64,000 nt of DNA, from assembly GCA_963924565.1 (NCBI GenBank), contig OZ004608.1:33108001-33172000 (forward strand). Direction: 5' to 3'. The notes beneath the pieces are model-generated. The model did no database searches. It was given only the letters and a program-made list of their open reading frames with translations, and was not told the origin of the DNA. Positions 58,101 through 64,000 of this stretch are shown piece after piece; position 1 is the first letter of the stretch, and every line of letters starts with the position of its first letter. Both the position numbers and the translations under genes were made by a program. The DNA is from Ascidiella aspersa (lineage: Eukaryota).

Positions 58101-61100
58101 TTATCGTAAGTTGCTATAAGATTTTTATGAACACAAAACTACAGCATTTGTTGTGACTTCCACTGTCTTTTTCGTAAATAATGGCGCTGCCGCTGTCTCT
58201 CGAAAGTTAAACGAACTTTAACCATTAAGAGTTTGCAAGCACCTTTGCCGGTCAGCTAAAAGTTTCGGGATCCTAAAATGTCTTAAAGGTCACTAAAAAA
58301 AACCTGTTGAGTATACTAAACGAAAAAATACGTATTTTGTGTATAGGAGCACATATAAAATTTGAGTCACGAAAACGAATGAAACGCCTGACTTTAGTTA
58401 TGAAACTTATTTTTTAACAAATGAAGTAAATTAAAAACCGTGAGGGGTTCAACAAATTAAAATCAAGCAAGGCATTTTCCGCACAAAATATCATGTAAAA
58501 GCCGAAAGCACATAAATCTCAGTTTACACGTATATACGAAAATTTAAAAAATATAAAAAATCTTATCGATAAAATAGTTGATAATAAAATTCACCAGAGT
58601 TTTGTTATTTCAACAAGCACCATAAAGCATTTCAGTTACAAACCATTGCACCCTAACACTAAGCCTTAGCTTACAATTTAAATCAACAATTTTCACGCTA
58701 TACACAGAAGCCTGAAAGCTTCCGGGACGCCTTCATCGAAACAGCACCATCAGCATGACGTCACCACGTGACCCATTTGCCGACGTCATCTGTTGTTGTG
58801 ACGTGGGCGCGACACAACAAGGCGGAACGCGACAATTTAGGCGCGATCGCCAATCAAGCCGAACCCGTAATTGCGGGCCAATTAGTCGGCCTCGGCGGGC
58901 GAGCGAGCAAGCAGGCAGGCGCCAGGCCATCTCGGCCGGTGCGTTTAATTGCCCCTCGCGCCCACTGCTGGAATGCCTGGGTGTTTGGAGCGGCCCACGC
59001 GCGCAATGGAGCCAGGCCGAGGCTTAATTGCCGCTTTTAATTGTTCGTGTTTGCGCGTTCGCCATCAATGGCAGAAGCCACACAACCTGAACGAGTTCAA
59101 AGCCTTTCTTCCGAGGACGAGCATTTTAAGAATGGAGACCCGGAATTCGCTGGAAATCGTTCTGGGAGGGGCCAACAGAGTGCATCACCTGCGTAATTTT
59201 TTTGCCTATTTCGCATCTAATTACCACCAGTTCGCGAACCGATTACTTGCTTAGAAAGCTGCAGGTCAGTGATTTTCCAACTTAGGAGGCGTGGGTGATA
59301 CGCATCAAGCTTAACGGTGCCCAAAGATATTTCAGATTGTTTAGGTTTAAATCGATTTCTTTGGTAGCTTATTGATGTGATTGGAGTTCAATAAATTGAA
59401 AAAAGCAAATTCCTACATTGTCCCTCGAAAAGCATTTTTGTCGACCCTTTATTCTTGCCCACCTCAAATACACTGACTTATTGAGACTTTGTGAATCGAT
59501 TTCTTGCTTTAGGTAAAGGTACATTTCAACCTAGTGACTCCGGCTCTTCGAACAACTGTCACTTTCTATATTTTAATATTTTTATTGCTTAAAAAGATGT
59601 TATTTAATATACAACCAATCTTGCAGCAAGTTCTGTAAATTAGTATGCCAACCCCCCTGTGTAGCCTTGGTCACTTCCTATATATCCACAAATGTTGCAA
59701 GTCGTACTTCAATAAAACGTTATAGGAGCAGGTGTATCTTAGGGAACAGGATAACGTTAAATATGCTCTGCAGCTTAAACCCCTTCACTTAAAACACACA
59801 CATAGATACACAATAAATATGCCAAAAATAATTACCCAAAAATACGCTAGGAGCGAAAGAGAGAGAAACGAGCAAGATGCGTTACAAAGTTGCGGTTGCG
59901 TTAGTTCGGCAAGACCAGCACCCTTAACCTGTAGGGGACAAGGTCGACATGCAAACTCACAACCTCCACAGCCTCGCAACCTTCACAACCTTGCAACGTG
60001 GCGCAAACATCAGCCTCGAGCCGACCTGTCAAGTGCACATGATCGATTGCCGTTGACTGATCAAGACCAGCTCCTAATCCAGTCGAATGGCCGGTCGGTT
60101 AACGGTCACTGGTCAGTGCTGTGTTGCTGTGCTTTGGTAAGCCTTATCGGCCATCGCCGGTGGTGTGGGCTTTCGTTTGACTGGACAACACCGACGCTGG
60201 TCATTTGTCTTGTGAACAGAGTGAACCTGGGTGGTCTCGACCCTATCACTGTGGGATTCGGGCAGAGACGGGAATCCGTGGCTCGGCAAATTGACCACAT
60301 GGGTCGCGCCCGTCGGATCGTTTGTGAATCACACATTGGGTTTCGCTTCGGAAATCGTCTGGTTTAAATTCTAACTTTGGAGCATAATGGTTGGAGGTTG
60401 CAGTAAGACGTAATAAGAATATCAAAGCCCATACAGAAGTAGGTATCATTTTGAACGTTTCGAATAATTATGAAAGTTAAATCTTAGTCCAATTAGTTTC
60501 AAGGAGGTGGTGGGATGGCCTGGTGAATACGAAGCATTGTTTGATGCAAACACAATGCAGGTTGATATTACTTTACAAACAATCCTTAACCACTACACTT
60601 GTGGATGTCTGTTCAATAACCCGAAACAACAATACGCGTCAAAAAACTTAGACAAGTCCTTAAGCTTGTTGCTCGTGTCATTGTGATTAAAGGTTGTTTT
60701 AAAAGAGCTTCCAACAGCATTAGTGTACACTGCATTTGCCTCAAAGCGGAGAGATTTCCTTTTTCAATTGCGACCTCACACTCAATCAGGGGCACCTGGA
60801 AGTGTTCACACGCTTTCGGAACACTGATGCTTGTTTGCAGAGGAAAAGCTGCCAGCAACACGACAGCTAGTGAAGCGTCAAGGAATGCACCAGCATTAGT
60901 CGGGGATTTGCGTTGGAACGACCGCAATTAGCAAAGCAGGCGCTATTCCGGGCTGGCCAAAGCGCGCGGTTAAAGACAACAGCTGCGCTAATAACGCGCT
61001 AATATGCCGCTCGTGTTTGGCCAGGCGCGCTAATGGGCCTTGAACGAAGCTTTAACGCCGACTAGGCCGTATAAGGTGACCTCTGTTTGCGTAGGCCGTC

Positions 61101-63239
61101 GTCGGGTCAAACTGTCACCTTTGCCCTTGCAGCTTGACTGACGTGGTTTGGGACCAACGGCTTGAGCTATTGTTGGAATGCCGGATACCTGAACTGAGCA
61201 GTCTTCTAGCAAAATGTTTGAAAAATGCCTCTTGCAACCTTTCGCCACCTATATCGGTATGCAATATATTGGCGACAAATTTGGTTAGCACCAAGTGCCC
61301 TTTGAGCGCAGATAAAAAATGTTACCGCATTTTTCGCCTAACTCCGTTTCACTTCTTTACTCTTTTTATTACGATTACCAATCTGGGATTTACTTCGACG
61401 TAAAATAGGTGAAAAGTTTAAAAGTTGGGTTTGTTTTGATGCCGACTTTCGATGGCAAGCTGCATGGGTTTGATGAGAATCAAAATGTGGGTTTGCATCT
61501 TAATTGAAGTTAGGGCTCACATATGCGTGGACTAATTCAACTACTTTATTTTTGTAATATATCCTATTTAAAAGTGCAAAATGCACCATAATACTTGTAA
61601 GCGTAACTAAAATGAATACTTCATTTTAAAAAAAACATTAGATACACCAACTTTTTTGTTTTTTTACCGTAGTTTTCCTACAATGAAAGCATTTAATTTA
61701 TATGTAGATTTTATTGTCGTTCAACCGTATGTAGCACATAGAAACGCACATTATTTCGGAAATCAGTAAATTTAACCAGAAAAGTGGGTTCACATTTTTA
61801 CAAGACAGAGTGATGTCTTGCTGGATACGTTCTTAAAAAGTGTTAACAACGATTGTAATAATCTCATTGAGTCCATAGCGCCACCTCTAGGCCATATATC
61901 AAGTTAAAATTCTGTGGAAATCACGCAATGTGTTGTGCGAAAAATCCCTTTAGTGCAGATTCATACAGCCGCTCAGTATTGGTTGACCACAGATTAAAAC
62001 ACAGACAATAAACGTAAAGAATTAAGGTCGTCAAAGGAAACCATATTTGAAACAACGCCACACATTTCGCGGCCTCAAAATTGCGGTTTACAAAGTTCTT
62101 AACAGCAATGTTTCAACTTCAAGTAACAGGTGTGGATAAAAAAACAGGCTCAGCAAACACCGTTGTGCAATTCCAGATATGGCGTGACAACCACGGTATA
62201 GGGCGTGGCTTATTAAACCACTTGTTGACCGATATATGAAATCGGCCAAAATAGCACCGTCACACTTATGACTCACTCGTTGACCTATATTCCCGACATG
62301 TTTTTTACACGTGTTTTTTACAAAAAGCGTCAACACTTGATTTTGCGACAGGGCTTTTCAGACAGTTGTTGGTTGGCGGTTAAAGGATTAAGTGTTATTT
62401 TGCTTGACCATGAAAACAAATTGTTTCAATGGATAGGGTATGTTGTTCAGATAAGGTATTCTGTGCAAAACCGAACACCCATTGTTTGCTCAGTGTACTA
62501 AATCACTTAAAAAATAGTTCTGTTAAAAAAGGAGATTTGTTACATGGGTATCGATATATGAAAACACACGCATCCAAAGCAAAACTCCAAAACTTAAGTT
62601 TCGCTGTTTTATGCATTAGCCAATCGACATTTCGCTAATGATAAAACTGTAGGTATGCTAACATCGGAGGCTTTACATTGATGCATAGATATTGATGCCC
62701 ACACAAAACAATAATCAAAGTGGACATTTGTAACTTTCTGACACGTTCAACTCTTCGCTTGATTTTCGCAGTATTTACTTTTAATAAGCAAAGTTGAAGA
62801 TGATGAAGTGTTTTTTAACACGAAAATAGGCCATGGCGTGCAAATGTTTTGCGCTGTACAATAATGACTGTGCAAGTGTTGTCACATTAAACCACAAAGG
62901 GATCTATGAATTTATAAAATGGGAAAATCTTATCATTAAGAAAATCGCTTTCTTCCGCAGGTGCATGGCCGCAATTTGAGTGGTACACTCCAAATAGTCC
63001 TGTTTTCCAGCAACAGATAAAACGAGAAAAGCACTAAATTGAAGAAGATGTCCAGTTGTGGCAAAATGGCCAAAAGCAACGAAAACTTGCGACCGACAGG
63101 TGACCTCGACAAAAACAAGCGACTTGGCGATTTCCAGGATTTATTCCAAATAAGGAACAACAAAAAGCGCTTATTTTGAGCAAATCGTGGCTGCCAATTA
63201 ATTGGAGAGCGCGCGGTCGCCAAATCCGCGTAATTGTTC

Positions 63240-63345
63240 TGTTATTCCACGAACAGCGCGCCACGCCGTTACGTCATAGGTAATGACGTCATCCGGGTTG
63301 TTGTTCGGCGGAAGCTCGCGCGAAGGCAGAGATGACTCACGTTTT
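63240..63345. promoter_or_regulatory. Promoter-like CpG island, possibly of a neighbouring gene
   Basis: Dense TTACGTCA, TGACGTCA (CRE), GCGGAAG (ETS), TCGCGCGA and TGACTCA (AP-1) within about 90 bp. Confidence 0.45.
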
Positions 63346-63917
63346 TTTCGGAAAAGTCGCTGTTTGAGTGACATAAGGTGTGGAGGTTAGTTGGCAAATC
63401 GATTGCGCAAAATGGCACGCAACGCTTATAAGCCGAGAGGGGAATTACGGCGAACTGATGGACGTTCGACTTATATTATATTTTTTTGTGTTTACTGTCT
63501 TGATCGGACGAGGTTCAACGTCCATTGGGTTGAGAACATTGGGCAGGTGGAATGCATGAGAACAAATTTAGAACAAGGTGCGGCAGTTAATTAAAATTAA
63601 GATTTTTTTTTATCGAATCACGCCTTGCGTTTTAATTGATGTTGAAAAACTTAAACCAATGCCTATTTAGTCTTTCCTGCAAACCAAATAATATATTATG
63701 TCGCTTTTTATCATTCTTGGTTTTCGTTCAACTCTTGGAGTTTGTCACTTTCATGGGTAACAATTTTGCTCGGTGAAAATGACCAGGATACCTATGGAAT
63801 TATCTTACTTAACGCAGCAGACCGAAATGAAGGAATATAGTTAAATGTGAAACTGTTTACAACAATGATGGAAAAATGTTGGAAGAATAGACTCACATTC
63901 CAAGCTTCTTTGGTGTT

Positions 63918-63990
63918 TGCTTGATTGCTCAATGATTGGTGCAGTGTTTGCGTAAATCCAAGGACGTTGGTTCGACCCCCACTCAAGCGC
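63918..63990 (+). pseudogene. tRNA-like element (pseudo-tRNA or tRNA-derived SINE head), possibly Thr(CGT)-derived
   Basis: 73 nt; acceptor stem TGCTTGA/TCAAGCG; D stem GCTC/GTGC; T arm GTTGG-TTCGACC-CCCAC (B box); TTTT at 63992-63995. The anticodon stem does not pair and the U33 position is G. Confidence 0.55.
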
Positions 63991-64000
63991 CTTTTAACTA

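Noticed and set aside
59732-60367. 211-aa ORF downstream of NK4
   Set aside because: GTG start, no recognisable motif or transposon domain, no exon chain; a BLASTP or HMMER search would settle it.
60500-60600. Possible second SINE or tRNA-like head
   Set aside because: Only a vague A-box-like string and a small hairpin; no B box or acceptor stem.

Overview
This is eukaryotic genomic DNA with GT-AG introns, probably from an invertebrate chordate such as an ascidian (inferred from the NK4 protein style and gene density). It is not prokaryotic, so most of the short ORFs in the track are spurious. Two protein-coding genes, both on the + strand, can be reconstructed with phase-consistent splice junctions. 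(1) Bases 1-~17.8 kb hold a 5'-truncated gene of at least 17 exons: an N-terminal coiled coil, a 3,462-nt disordered Ser/Pro/Lys-rich exon, and a helical C-terminal domain. It best fits ICE1 (little elongation complex scaffold). (2) Bases 41410-52808 hold a two-coding-exon NK4 (tinman/Nkx2-3/2-5/2-6) homeobox gene of about 642 aa, with TN domain, Tyr54 homeodomain, NK2-SD and Tyr-rich region, split by a 9.47-kb intron. NK4 sits in a gene-free tract (about 23 kb upstream, at least 11 kb downstream) where AT-rich DNA full of non-autonomous hAT MITEs alternates with CpG-rich, motif-dense islands that look like cis-regulatory modules. Items worth a second look: a decayed Penelope-type hammerhead ribozyme, an 80-bp-arm foldback, a tRNA-like element, tandem duplications that copy splice sites of the ICE1-like gene, tandem repeats in the NK4 intron that multiply NKE/GATA/Fox/Smad-type sites, and a convergent pair of CTCF-like motifs around NK4. 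I found no clearly new multi-gene system, and all regulatory claims are hypotheses.
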